Origin: Dehalococcoidia bacterium
GTDB lineage: Bacteria; Chloroflexota; Dehalococcoidia; Bin125
Direction of reading: 5' to 3'
Length of the DNA stretch: 64,000 nucleotides
Assembly: GCA_965261715.1 (NCBI GenBank)
Contig: OZ253471.1
Location: 624,763 to 688,762 of the forward strand
Below, piece after piece: positions 51,955 to 62,865 of this stretch (position 1 is its first letter; each line of letters opens with the position of its first letter). The translations under genes and the position numbers were made by a program. A model generated the notes under the pieces. It saw nothing but the letters and a program-made list of their open reading frames with translations. It made no database searches and was not told the origin of the DNA.

Positions 51955-52922
51955 CGACCAAGACGTCAGCCCCGTCACAGCTCAGCGGCAGGCTTGCCGA
52001 GCTTGAGCAGCGGTTGCTATCGGGAGACCGGCGCGCGCTTGCCCGGGTCCTCAGTTGGGTCGAAAGCGGCGACCAGCGCGGTCGCGACATGTTGCGGGCG
52101 CTGTATCCACGAAGCGGTCGCGCGCGCACCATCGGTCTGACCGGATCGCCGGGCGCAGGCAAGAGCACGGTGACGAACGAACTCGCGAAAGTCTTCCGCG
52201 CCCGAGGGCAAACGGTCGGCATCGTCGCGATTGATCCTTCCTCGCCGTACACGATGGGCGCCATCCTCGGCGACCGTGTGCGGATGTCGGAGCTGTATTC
52301 CGATCCCGATGTCTTCATCCGCTCGCTGGCCTCGCGTGGCGCGCTGGGCGGACTGTCGGTCGCGACGCAGGACATCGTTCACGTGCTCGATGCGTACGGC
52401 AAGGATGTGATCCTGATCGAGACCGTCGGCGCAGGACAGGACGAGGTCGATATCGCCGGCGCGGCGCAGACCACCATCCTGGTCAACACGCCGAACATGG
52501 GCGACGAGGTGCAGACGCTCAAGGCCGGCATCATGGAGATTGCTGATGTCCTGGCGGTCAACAAGTCCGACCTGCCCGGCGCGAACCGCATGGTATCGGC
52601 GCTGAAGGCCCTGCTCTCGCTCAATCCCGATCACGGCTGGGATCCACCGATAGTGCCGATCATTGCAACCCAGGGCGAGGGGATCGAGAAGCTCGCCGAA
52701 GCCTGCGACGCCCATTTTGGAGAGCTGGAATCGTCGGGCAAGATGCAGACGGCCGAACTTGATCGCGCGCGACAACAGATCACATCGCTCGCCCGCGCCC
52801 GCATCCTGCGTCGGCTGCACACCGAGGCCGGCGAGGAACGCCTCGTCAAGTTGGCCACTGATGTGGCCTCCCGTATCTCGGATCCGCATACGGCCGCAGC
52901 GGAATGGCTCGCAGAAGCATGA
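51951..52922 (+). CDS. meaB: Methylmalonyl-CoA mutase-associated GTPase MeaB (ArgK)
   Basis: P-loop GLTGSPGAGKST. G4 …NKSDL…. Overlaps the B12 subunit stop. Confidence 0.85.
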   Translation: MTTKTSAPSQLSGRLAELEQRLLSGDRRALARVLSWVESGDQRGRDMLRALYPRSGRARTIGLTGSPGAGKSTVTNELAKVFRARGQTVGIVAIDPSSPYTMGAILGDRVRMSELYSDPDVFIRSLASRGALGGLSVATQDIVHVLDAYGKDVILIETVGAGQDEVDIAGAAQTTILVNTPNMGDEVQTLKAGIMEIADVLAVNKSDLPGANRMVSALKALLSLNPDHGWDPPIVPIIATQGEGIEKLAEACDAHFGELESSGKMQTAELDRARQQITSLARARILRRLHTEAGEERLVKLATDVASRISDPHTAAAEWLAEA

Positions 52923-53608
52923 GCCAATCCGACGCGGTTCAGCGGCTGCAGATTCGGTTCGCCGCCGAGGGTCCACTCAAATACGTGTCGCACCTGGATC
53001 TCATGCGTGTCTGGGAGCGAGTCTGCAAGCGCGCGGGCCTGCCGTTGGCGACGTCGCACGGATTCTCGCCGCGACCCAAGATTGCGCTCGCCGCCCCGCT
53101 GGCCGTCGGAGCGACATCCGAGGCTGAGATCCTGGATGTCCTCCTGACCGAACGTGTGGACCTGGAATCGACCATGCACAGTCTCTCAGCCGAGCTGACG
53201 CCCGGACTGAGAGTCCTTGAGATTCGCGAAGGCCTGCTGAAGCAGTCGTCGCTGCAATCGATGCTGCGGGCCGCCTGTTATGAGGTGAAGATTTCGGACC
53301 CTCGCTCCGCGCAGGATTGGCAACATGCGGTTGACGAACTCCTCGCACGAGACGAGATTCCCTGGAGTCACCAGCGCGGCAAGGAGACCAAGTCTTACGA
53401 CCTGAGACCGCTCATTCTCGAGATTGAGGTTCGCGGCGTCTTGGACGGCGTGGCAGCGCTGTGGATGCGGCTGCGCAACGACGAGCGTGGCGCCGGACGA
53501 CCCGAGCAGGTCTCCATCGCACTCGGCGCGTCGGAGGAGCCAACGAAAATTCACCGCACCTCGATTGAATTGGACGCTGAGCAGAGTGCTGAAGTCGTGA
53601 CGGCATGA
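52919..53608 (+). CDS. DUF2344 / TIGR03936-family protein
   Basis: …RFAAEGPLKYVSHLDLMRVWERVCKRAGLP…SHGFSPRPKIALAAPL… matches the conserved DUF2344 N-terminus. ATGA overlap with meaB. Confidence 0.6.
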   Translation: MSQSDAVQRLQIRFAAEGPLKYVSHLDLMRVWERVCKRAGLPLATSHGFSPRPKIALAAPLAVGATSEAEILDVLLTERVDLESTMHSLSAELTPGLRVLEIREGLLKQSSLQSMLRAACYEVKISDPRSAQDWQHAVDELLARDEIPWSHQRGKETKSYDLRPLILEIEVRGVLDGVAALWMRLRNDERGAGRPEQVSIALGASEEPTKIHRTSIELDAEQSAEVVTA

Positions 53609-54219
53609 ATCGCATTATTGTTCTGCGACACGTCGAATCGGAAGCGAACAAATCGGGCGTCGGTCTCGGTCGGACTGATTCTCCCCCGACCGAACTTGGA
53701 CTCCGGCAGTTGCAAGCAACCGTCGATGCGTTGCGGACCGAGTCGATCGCGCGCGTCGTCACCAGCCCGCTCTCTCGAGCGCGGAGACTGGCCGAGGCGA
53801 TTGCCGCGTCGCACAACGTCGTAGCGACGCCGTTAGACGGACTGCTCGAACTGGATGTGGGTGAGCTTGAGGGCGTCGAGTGGCCGATCGTGCAAGAACG
53901 GTTCGGCGAGTTTCTCAACAACTGGCGCGGCAACGACTCTGTCAGTCAACCGATGCCAGGCGGCGAGTCGTTGTTGGACGTGTTGGAGCGCGCTCGTCCC
54001 GTCTTCGACGAGCTGGTCGTCGACCCGTCGGAGGGAACCGGACTGATTGTCACGCACAACTTTGTGGTCAAGATGCTGGTTGTGTATGCGCTGGCGATGC
54101 CGAATTATGCTTGGCGACGGATCGACACCGGTCTGGCCGGGATCACGACATTTCGAATCGCCGACGGCGTGCCGGCTGTCGACCGATTAAACGATCGACA
54201 TCACCTCAACGGTCTCTGA
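53605..54219 (+). CDS. Histidine phosphatase-family protein (phosphoglycerate-mutase-like)
   Basis: N-terminal …IIVLRHVESEANK… (RHG catalytic motif) and …SPLSRA…. Confidence 0.7.
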   Translation: MNRIIVLRHVESEANKSGVGLGRTDSPPTELGLRQLQATVDALRTESIARVVTSPLSRARRLAEAIAASHNVVATPLDGLLELDVGELEGVEWPIVQERFGEFLNNWRGNDSVSQPMPGGESLLDVLERARPVFDELVVDPSEGTGLIVTHNFVVKMLVVYALAMPNYAWRRIDTGLAGITTFRIADGVPAVDRLNDRHHLNGL

Positions 54220-54271
54220 CGCCTCTTCGGCGGGTGTAGAGTGCCATCGGCGGCGGCGTTGATCGCAAATC

Positions 54272-54709
54272 ATGGCTGAGACAATGGTCGACCGATCGGT
54301 CGAACTGGTGACGGAGCCCGCTGAGGCTTTGTCGCCGATGCCCAGGCGTTCTCCAACGCCGGCTCCGTTGCCGTGGTTGATTCGTCGCGTCGCCTTCATC
54401 TCTTCGTTGCTGTTGGTTGGATTCGTCGTCTTCAGCGGCGTCGAAGGGCTGTTGCAAGCCAATAGCCTTGATAGTCGAATCATCGAAACGCGAGCCGAGA
54501 TCGCGGAGCTCCAACGAGACTCCGAGCAACTCGCGGCATTGGTCGCCTGGCTGGACTCTGATGCCTACATCGAACGCATCGCGCGCGAGGACCTGGGCAT
54601 GGTTCGTCCCGGTGAAGAGGCGTTCGGCGTCCACGCGCCGAGACGAGGACAGCTCGAGATCACCCGCTCGCCGTGGTGGGCGAACCTACTACCGGAAGGC
54701 GCTGAATAG
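54272..54709 (+). CDS. ftsB: Septum formation initiator family protein (FtsB/DivIC-like)
   Basis: TM helix then coiled coil …RAEIAELQRDSEQLAALVAWLDSDAYIERIAREDLGMVRPGEE…. Confidence 0.75.
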   Translation: MAETMVDRSVELVTEPAEALSPMPRRSPTPAPLPWLIRRVAFISSLLLVGFVVFSGVEGLLQANSLDSRIIETRAEIAELQRDSEQLAALVAWLDSDAYIERIAREDLGMVRPGEEAFGVHAPRRGQLEITRSPWWANLLPEGAE

Positions 54710-54730
54710 CCCAACCATCCGGAGTATCCG

Positions 54731-55774
54731 GTGCGCCCGGAGCATGTTGTGACCTTGCCGACCGACCGCCGCATCCGCGAAATCGGCCGGAGGGTGGCTC
54801 GCCAACTGGTCGAGAGCGTCGGATCGGGCGCTGGTCGCCAGCTCGTCGTTGCCGTATCGGGTGGCGCCGACTCATCTGCCCTGCTCCTCCTGCTGACCGA
54901 CACGCAATCTCGACATGGATGGCGAGTTCGCGCTGCGCACGTTGACCATCTGATTCAGACCGGATCGGTCCGCGCCGAGTTCTGCACCTCCGCCGGCGAG
55001 CTGGCCAACACAGCCGGCGTGCCGTTCGACATCATCGAGGCCGACGCCTCGTCGGAAGCCGCCTCGTCCTCAGATAGCCTGGAAGCTGCCGCGCGGCGCG
55101 TCCGGTATCGAGCGTTGAACGACCTGGCGCTCGCGTTCGGGGCGCCAGCGGTCGCCACTGCTCACACGCAGAACGATCAGGCCGAGACAGTCTTGTTGCA
55201 CATCCTGCGTGGATCGGGACTCGATGGGCTGAGTGCGATGCCTCCGGTGCGTCCGTTGAGCGACGAAGTGGCGTTGGTGCGACCGATGCTCGATGTGACC
55301 CGGGCCGAGACCGAGTTCGTCTGTCTGGCGTACGGCTGGACACCCGCGCACGATCCATCCAACGACGACCTGATTCACACGCGAAACCGTGTGCGACGGT
55401 CGCTCTTGCCGTTGATGCAGGCAATCAATCCGAATGTCTCCGAGCGATTGGCGGACCTGGCCCGGTCCGTTGGGTCCGATCGAGAGCTGCTTGATCTGGT
55501 TGGGCGACAGGCGCTGGAGCAGATTCTTGACGAGGACGGCGGGCTGCCTCGACGCGTGTTTCTCTCGCTGCCCGGTCAGTTGCAGGTCAGAGTGATCCGG
55601 TCGTTCACCCAGGCCCAGGGGGTGACGCTGTCGTCCGAGCGGACGGCGTCGGCGCTGCAGGTGATTCACAACGGGCATGGCCTGGTCGAGCTGCCAGAGG
55701 GCGTCTGTCTGCGCGTGGCGGGCGGTGTGGTGACGATCGAGGGAAGTAGTCCACCGGACATTACGGGCGGTTGA
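54731..55774 (+). CDS. tilS: tRNA(Ile)-lysidine synthetase
   Basis: PP-loop VAVSGGADSSALLLL; 347 aa. Confidence 0.85.
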   Translation: MRPEHVVTLPTDRRIREIGRRVARQLVESVGSGAGRQLVVAVSGGADSSALLLLLTDTQSRHGWRVRAAHVDHLIQTGSVRAEFCTSAGELANTAGVPFDIIEADASSEAASSSDSLEAAARRVRYRALNDLALAFGAPAVATAHTQNDQAETVLLHILRGSGLDGLSAMPPVRPLSDEVALVRPMLDVTRAETEFVCLAYGWTPAHDPSNDDLIHTRNRVRRSLLPLMQAINPNVSERLADLARSVGSDRELLDLVGRQALEQILDEDGGLPRRVFLSLPGQLQVRVIRSFTQAQGVTLSSERTASALQVIHNGHGLVELPEGVCLRVAGGVVTIEGSSPPDITGG

Positions 55775-55808
55775 CTTCTTGGATCGTGGCGGGCTAAGAT
55801 TGTCTTCT
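55773..55808 (+). promoter_or_regulatory. Candidate sigma70-type promoter upstream of 16S rRNA (TTGACT-18-TAAGAT)
   Basis: ttgacttcttggatcgtggcgggctaagat, about 230 nt upstream of the mature 16S 5' end. Confidence 0.4.
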
Positions 55809-56031
55809 GCGCAAATGAAGAACGCACCGCTCGGCAAGAAGCCTGATGAGCGTTTCGCAGATGCCAGCCTTAACAATTGGAGAGCGGAAGTCCAGTGTGC
55901 TTGGGGAGCCCCCCCAAGTCCGGACACAAAAATCGTTGCGATTCCTTTGGGAGTGGCAGCGGTCGCGATGTCCGAACAATCTCTACTTTTGCAGCCGGCA
56001 TGACCGGCTGAACCAATGGAGAGTTTGATCC

Positions 56032-57512
<1,481 letters not shown>

Positions 57513-57762
57513 TAGGGAGAATGCCGATCGACCCCGCCTCGGTGGGAATCGGTCGAGCTCCCAGGTCGATCCGCCAGCCTCTATCACCAGTGCTTGCATT
57601 GCTGAGCGAGGCGCCCTGAGGCCGACGCCCCTAACACGGGCGGACGCCAACGAGTCAACGGCGTGATTATGGTTTCACAAGCGCACTGACTTTCGCTCTC
57701 CAACGGTTAAGGCCGACCCCCGGGCCGCGATTCCGACCGAATCGCGGACCCGAGGCCATCCC

Positions 57763-57839
57763 GGGCCATTAGCTCAGCAGGTTAGAGCGCAGTCCTGATA
57801 AGACTGAGGTCCCTGGTTCGAGTCCAGGATGGCCCACCA
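57763..57839 (+). tRNA. tRNA-Ile (GAT)
   Basis: gggccattagctcagcaggttagagcgcagtcctgataagactgaggtccctggttcgagtccaggatggcccacca. Confidence 0.9.
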
Positions 57840-57954
57840 ACCAGAAGACTCCCGTCCAATGAACAGGCGGGAGTTTTTCGCGTCCAGCGGCCTGCAGGGT
57901 CACATTTCGAGTCCGGCGATGCAAAGCCTCGCCAGGCGCTAAAGTAACGATCCC

Positions 57955-58030
57955 GGGGCCGTAGCTCAGCCGGGAGAGCGCCGCCCTTGCACGGCGGAGG
58001 TCAGGGGTTCGATTCCCCTCGGCTCCACCA
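57955..58030 (+). tRNA. tRNA-Ala (TGC), intact copy
   Basis: ggggccgtagctcagccgggagagcgccgcccttgcacggcggaggtcaggggttcgattcccctcggctccacca. G3:U70 and encoded CCA. Confidence 0.9.
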
Positions 58031-58069
58031 CTCCCAGATCCTTGGATTCCACGAGATGGAAGCGGCACG

Positions 58070-58474
58070 ATGAGTGACGACGCGCCCGCTGATCAGCCAG
58101 ACCAGCGCCCCGGCCGGATCGGCTGGCAGGACCTGACCGTCGACAATGCGGAGGTCGTGCGCGACTTCTACAGCGAGGTCGTTGGTTGGAAGACGATGCC
58201 GCTCGACATGGGCGGCTACGACGACTACGTGCTGCTCAGCCCCGACGGCCAGGCCGGCGACGGCCAGGCCGGAATCGCGGGAGGCTGCCACGCCCGAGGA
58301 GTCAACGCCAATCTCCCGCCACAATGGCTGATCTACGTCAACGTCGAAGACCTCGACGCCAGCTTGAAGTCCCTGGGAGGCAGCATCGTGGATGGGCCCA
58401 GGGAGATGGGTGAGGGTCGGTTTTGTGTCATCAGAGATCCGGCAGGCGCGGTCTGTGGATTGATTGAGCAGTAG
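58070..58474 (+). CDS. VOC-family (glyoxalase/bleomycin-resistance fold) protein
   Basis: …IGWQDLTVDNAEVVRDFYSEVVGWK…GRFCVIRDPAGAVCGLIEQ is a typical single-module VOC protein. Starts 40 nt after tRNA-Ala. Confidence 0.6.
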   Translation: MSDDAPADQPDQRPGRIGWQDLTVDNAEVVRDFYSEVVGWKTMPLDMGGYDDYVLLSPDGQAGDGQAGIAGGCHARGVNANLPPQWLIYVNVEDLDASLKSLGGSIVDGPREMGEGRFCVIRDPAGAVCGLIEQ

Positions 58475-58562
58475 CTCAGTCGGCTTAGGTTCTCCATGTT
58501 CACAGGCGCGGGACGATGGCGGCCTGCGGTCGGAGCGGGCTATATTGGTCTCGCGATACCGG

Positions 58563-58994
58563 TTCATGGAGATTGAAGTGGGTGAGATCATCGTCGAGAT
58601 TGAGCTGGAAAATGCCGAGGACCGATCGGACGCGCGCCGCGGACGGATCGACGAGGCGTCGGTGCGGCGGGAAAAGGTGCAGGCAGTCGCGGACACCGGC
58701 GCGGTGATGCTGGCGCTGCCCGAGGATGTAGTGGAGGGACTCGGACTGCCAACGGTCCGGACGCTGACGAGCACATTCGCCGACGGTCGACGCGGTCAAT
58801 TGCCGATCGCCGGGCCGCTAACGATCCAGATCGGAGACCGACAAATGCTGACGGAGTGCATCGTCGTGCCCGAGGGCGCCGAGGCGCTGGTCGGGCAGGT
58901 CGTGATGGAGACCCTGGACTTGATTCCCGACCCCATGAATCAGACGCTAGGCCCAAGGCCGAAGTCGCCAGATCGTTCGTTGCTGCGGGTGTAG
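58563..58994 (+). CDS. Retropepsin-like (clan AA) aspartic protease
   Basis: Catalytic motif ADTGAVMLALPEDVVEGLGL (D-T-G-A). The true start is likely ATG 58563 (MEIEVGEIIVE...) rather than the overlapping 58464. Confidence 0.55.
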   Translation, partial: FMEIEVGEIIVEIELENAEDRSDARRGRIDEASVRREKVQAVADTGAVMLALPEDVVEGLGLPTVRTLTSTFADGRRGQLPIAGPLTIQIGDRQMLTECIVVPEGAEALVGQVVMETLDLIPDPMNQTLGPRPKSPDRSLLRV

Positions 58995-59098
58995 GGATTA
59001 TCGGCTGCATCGTTTCGCGCAGGCTTTTGCAATAGGGTCCAGTGAGGTGGAGATTCGGACGCGCGTCGGATCGGATCGGGCGCTACGCTGGGGATGCA

Positions 59099-59174
59099 CG
59101 GGCCGTAGCTCAGCTGGGAGAGCGCCGCTCTTGCACGGCGGAGGTCAGGGGTTCGATTCCCCTCGACTCCACTA
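59099..59174 (+). pseudogene. Second, degenerate tRNA-Ala(TGC) copy (tRNA-like remnant / att-like duplicate)
   Basis: cgggccgtagctcagctgggagagcgccgctcttgcacggcggaggtcaggggttcgattcccctcgactccacta. Has C1 instead of G1, a C5-A68 mismatch, and ends CTA instead of CCA. Otherwise about 93% identical to the copy at 57955. Confidence 0.6.
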
Positions 59175-59207
59175 CTTGGACATAAGTATTGTGTGCGGGA
59201 TAGACGA

Positions 59208-60971
59208 ATGCAAATCAAGGAACTCCACGTTCAACGTTTCCGGGGGTTCTCGGAAATCAAGATCCGACCTCGCGGGAACGTCGTTTTGATGGGAGAACCC
59301 GGCGCTGGACGCACTGACCTTTTCGAAGCGTTGAGCAGACTTCTGAACTTCTATCAAGGTCGCAATCGCGAGATCAGTGAGTTGGACTTCCACTTGGGAG
59401 ACTGCAGCGAACCAATCAGAATATCGGTCACGCTAGGTGATCTTGACATCGACCTCGAACAGGATTTCTTCGACCACTTGGAACTATGGGACGAAACTGA
59501 TCGTTGCTTGATCGATGAAGCCCAGAATGGTCAATTGGACGACCGAGCCGATTGTTCATGGGCATTCAGAATAACGTACGAGGCTCGCTGGCTGCAGGAC
59601 GAAGCAATGCCAGAGGACCGGGTGTTCTTTCCGAAAGACTCCGATCCTGAGTCCGGAATATTTGCCCGTGTCCGGCGCAATGACCTTGAGGCTCTTGGCT
59701 TTGGTCTGCTCCGCCCGGGGAGCACAGGGATGCTCGAATTGGGCCCACGTAGTGACTTTCGCAAACTGGTTGATGTCGCAAATGGTGACGATTTCGGGGC
59801 AGCTATGAGAAAATATGTCAACGAGGTCGGCATAGCGGCGGAGAACTTCAGTCACTCTGACCAGGTGCAAGCGGCAGTCGCAAGAATTGTTGCGCTAACG
59901 GGTGAGCTTCAAGGAATCCCGAACATTGATCCGAGCACTTTCATCCAATTTGCCCCTGATGACGGTTCTGAAAGCGGCTTACTGCGCTCTCTCGGAGCTG
60001 CAGTGGACTTTGACGATGGAGTCGGACAGCTACCAGCCTGGCGGCACGGATCATCTACCAGATCGCTTCTGAAGGTCGCTGAAGTGGTCGCTGCGGCCAA
60101 AAGCCCCAAACCAGTCTTGGTCATTGATGACCTCGGAGACGGAATGGATGCACCGTCTGCAGCGCATCTAGCTGCTGCGCTGTGCGAAACAGCCAGCCAA
60201 GTGTGGGTAACCACGCGGATACCCGCGGTTGCAGAAGTATTCCAACCTCAGGAAGTGCTGCGCCTCGGAAAAGGGAAGGCCGGGAAGAGAACGCTGCACA
60301 GCGGAACACACGCAATTAAGCCCGAGGAAGCTGCGATGTACAAGCACTGGCATCGAAACCTGTTGCCAGCTTTGACCTATCGAAGCGTCATAATAGTTGA
60401 AGGGCCTCACGACTTCGTCGCCTTGCACACACTTGCTCTCCGGCTGCATGAAGAACGTGGTACCGCCCTTCCTGCGACACACAAAATAGCAATTGTCAGC
60501 GCAGGCGCAAGTGGTGACGGCGGATACGCAACAGTGATGAAGTTGGCTCGGCAAGCCAAATCAATGGGTCTATTTGCGGTTGGCGCAGTTGACGGCGACT
60601 CCGATCCGGCTTCCCTGAAATACATCGAGACAAACTTAGAAATGGCTGACTCTGTAGTGCGGCTTCCTCGTCGGTTCGCAATCGAAAAGGCTCTCGTTCA
60701 CGACATTCCGGATAGCGTCCTCATGAGCGTTGTTCAGGATCTTGAGAACGCAGTAAACATGGAGAACACCAACGTGCAGCCTTCGGATGGCGGAGATATA
60801 CACAAGAAGGCAATGGCCCTTCTGAAGAAGGAATCACTGCACGGGCCCTTCATCGACCTACTCCCAGCAGAACACCTGCCCCCTCTCGCCTGCCGATACT
60901 TAGGGACCTTAGTTGGCGCCGCTAGAGGCGACTCAGCAGGATTGATTCAACTTTGCAAATCAACGACCTAA
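59208..60971 (+). CDS. gajA: OLD-family ATP-dependent endonuclease (ABC-type ATPase + C-terminal TOPRIM), Gabija GajA-like
   Basis: N-terminal MQIKELHVQRFRGFSEIKIRPRGNVVLMGEPGAGRTDLFEAL (P-loop, with Arg in the usual Lys position). Walker B-like VLVIDDLGDG. C-terminal TOPRIM: IIVEGPHDF (Glu) and AVDGDSD (DxD). GC about 50% vs the window's roughly 65% background. ATG 59193 is an alternative start. Confidence 0.75.
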   Translation: MQIKELHVQRFRGFSEIKIRPRGNVVLMGEPGAGRTDLFEALSRLLNFYQGRNREISELDFHLGDCSEPIRISVTLGDLDIDLEQDFFDHLELWDETDRCLIDEAQNGQLDDRADCSWAFRITYEARWLQDEAMPEDRVFFPKDSDPESGIFARVRRNDLEALGFGLLRPGSTGMLELGPRSDFRKLVDVANGDDFGAAMRKYVNEVGIAAENFSHSDQVQAAVARIVALTGELQGIPNIDPSTFIQFAPDDGSESGLLRSLGAAVDFDDGVGQLPAWRHGSSTRSLLKVAEVVAAAKSPKPVLVIDDLGDGMDAPSAAHLAAALCETASQVWVTTRIPAVAEVFQPQEVLRLGKGKAGKRTLHSGTHAIKPEEAAMYKHWHRNLLPALTYRSVIIVEGPHDFVALHTLALRLHEERGTALPATHKIAIVSAGASGDGGYATVMKLARQAKSMGLFAVGAVDGDSDPASLKYIETNLEMADSVVRLPRRFAIEKALVHDIPDSVLMSVVQDLENAVNMENTNVQPSDGGDIHKKAMALLKKESLHGPFIDLLPAEHLPPLACRYLGTLVGAARGDSAGLIQLCKSTT

Positions 60972-62593
60972 AGCCATCGCAACAAGAAGTCATCAACGCA
61001 CTGCTGGGCGATGCCTCGAGGGTGCTCGTTGCTGGCGGTCCTGGAACTGGAAAAACCACGACGGCGCTGTGGGCAGCTCGCTCCTTTTTAGAGGCCGACC
61101 ACGACAACATCCCCAATCGCGTTCTGTTCTTAACATTCTCACGATCGGCGGTCGATCAGATCCAGAAGCGCTGTCCGGCAGCACTCGCGGGGTATGAAGA
61201 TAGGGTCGAAGTATCGACATTCCACGCCATCGCGTACCGCCTTATCCGTACATTTGGCCGATATGGTGGCCTTGGCAGGGAACTGCCAGCGATCCAATCA
61301 AGGGCATCGGAAAAGCTGTTTCAGCGAGACCGAAGTGCATACAGTTACGACGATTTGCTCCCGACTGCAACAGCACTCTTGGAAGGCAGCGAATTGGTCC
61401 GGCGTATTGTGTCAAATCGCTGGGGGCTGTTAATATGTGATGAGGTGCAAGACACGTCCTCGGAGCAGTGGCAATTCTTGCAGCTGCTATCGTCGAATGA
61501 GCTTCTATTGTTGGGTGACCTCGGGCAGATGATATACGGTTGGCTTCCAGGTGTATCGGTAGATACGTTCCACGATATGAAAGAACAGGTTGATGTTACT
61601 TTACATCTCGCGGCATCTTCTTTTCGAGATCCCTCCGGTGCGATTCCAGGATTGGCCGATGCAGTCAGAACGCGGCAATTCGATCACGGGGCAGTGCACA
61701 ATGCTCTGGAAGAGCAGCGTTTGATCGTCGTGCCAGATACGGGTAACGATATGGTGCCGGGAAATCTGATCAAGTTGGTAGAGAGTGCAAGGGCACCGAG
61801 ACATGAAGATGTCGGTATCTTTGCCGCGGACAACGAGACGGTCGCCCAGATAGGGGTTCACCTGCACGATGCTGACATCGATCATGTTCTGGTAGGAATT
61901 CCTGAGGCTCACGGTGAGGCTTTGGCGGCAATGGTTGCACAAATCTCCTTTGCGGTGGGGTTGATTGGTCAAGAAACTCTTCGGCACGCAATGGCGTTGT
62001 TTGTCACGGCCTGCGCAAGAGGATCTAGTGTTCCAGTGTTGGCACATAAGCTTGTCGGGAGAATGCCCTTGACGCAGACAGAGGAGTTAGCACTGTGGAG
62101 GCAGGAAAGATCGCTCGCGGCTGCCGGGATGGGTACGGTTGGAGGAGTGGCTCAGGCCGCGAGCGAATGTTGGAGCGGATTGCCTATCGGGTCCGCGGTG
62201 CGACCTTGGCAGCGCGCGGTCCGGCATTTCATGCGCTTGATGGGGCGGGATCGGGCTCTGTCCGCGTCCGGCGACATTGTATCGGTCTTGAAGCAGGTCG
62301 TCGAGGTTGGAAGAGCCGAGTCTCTAGTGGATTTGAATTATTTTGAGCGCGGTCGCGTGATGCTGATGACCTTGCATCAGACCAAGGGTCGGGAAGTCGA
62401 TACGGTGATTCTCGTGTTTCGCTCGGAAGATTACTTCGGCCGAGAAGGAGAACCATTCGAAGATTCTTCGCGGCTTCTCAACGTGGCGATTTCGCGAGCT
62501 CGCAAACGCGTCATAGTCGTGGTCCCATCTGATCCTCATCCGCTCATAGCACCGTTCCAGACTCTAGCTCAGGGAGGTAGCTTCAAGTTGTGA
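60953..62593 (+). CDS. gajB: UvrD/PcrA-like SF1 helicase, Gabija GajB-like
   Basis: Motif I VLVAGGPGTGKTTTAL. Motif II LLICDEVQD. Motif III LLLLGDLGQMIY. Motif VI VMLMTLHQTKGREVDTVILVF. Overlaps gajA by 19 nt (operon). Confidence 0.75.
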   Translation: MQINDLKPSQQEVINALLGDASRVLVAGGPGTGKTTTALWAARSFLEADHDNIPNRVLFLTFSRSAVDQIQKRCPAALAGYEDRVEVSTFHAIAYRLIRTFGRYGGLGRELPAIQSRASEKLFQRDRSAYSYDDLLPTATALLEGSELVRRIVSNRWGLLICDEVQDTSSEQWQFLQLLSSNELLLLGDLGQMIYGWLPGVSVDTFHDMKEQVDVTLHLAASSFRDPSGAIPGLADAVRTRQFDHGAVHNALEEQRLIVVPDTGNDMVPGNLIKLVESARAPRHEDVGIFAADNETVAQIGVHLHDADIDHVLVGIPEAHGEALAAMVAQISFAVGLIGQETLRHAMALFVTACARGSSVPVLAHKLVGRMPLTQTEELALWRQERSLAAAGMGTVGGVAQAASECWSGLPIGSAVRPWQRAVRHFMRLMGRDRALSASGDIVSVLKQVVEVGRAESLVDLNYFERGRVMLMTLHQTKGREVDTVILVFRSEDYFGREGEPFEDSSRLLNVAISRARKRVIVVVPSDPHPLIAPFQTLAQGGSFKL

Positions 62594-62730
62594 AGGGAGT
62601 GACGAGTGCAGGCCTCCTCTTTGGAGACCGTTTGCGGGTAGAGGCCGCATGTTGAGAAGTGTTCCCATCTGCTTTGTTGTTGCCTGGTTTATCGATTGCG
62701 GCTGTCAGCGCCGTGCTAAGATTTCTGGGA

Positions 62731-62847
62731 GCTGGTGATTGGAGCGCGGTGGCCCCACCCGTTCCCATCCCGAACACGGAAGTGAAACGCCGCAGCGCTG
62801 ACGATACTGGGGGGGCAACCCCCTGCGGAAAATAGGCCATCGCCAGC
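62731..62847 (+). rRNA. rrf: 5S ribosomal RNA
   Basis: gctggtgattggagcgcggtggccccacccgttcccatcccgaacacggaagtgaaacgccgcagcgctgacgatactggggggcaaccccctgcggaaaataggccatcgccagc. Helix I closes between the two ends. Confidence 0.9.
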
Positions 62848-62865
62848 TCGCTCTTTTCCTGCTCC

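Noticed and set aside
52017-52976. 319-aa minus-strand ORF
   Set aside because: Antisense to meaB.
58001-58774. 257-aa minus-strand ORF spanning tRNA-Ala and the VOC gene
   Set aside because: It overlaps an intact tRNA and is antisense to a VOC-fold gene. Ser/Arg/Pro-rich artefact.
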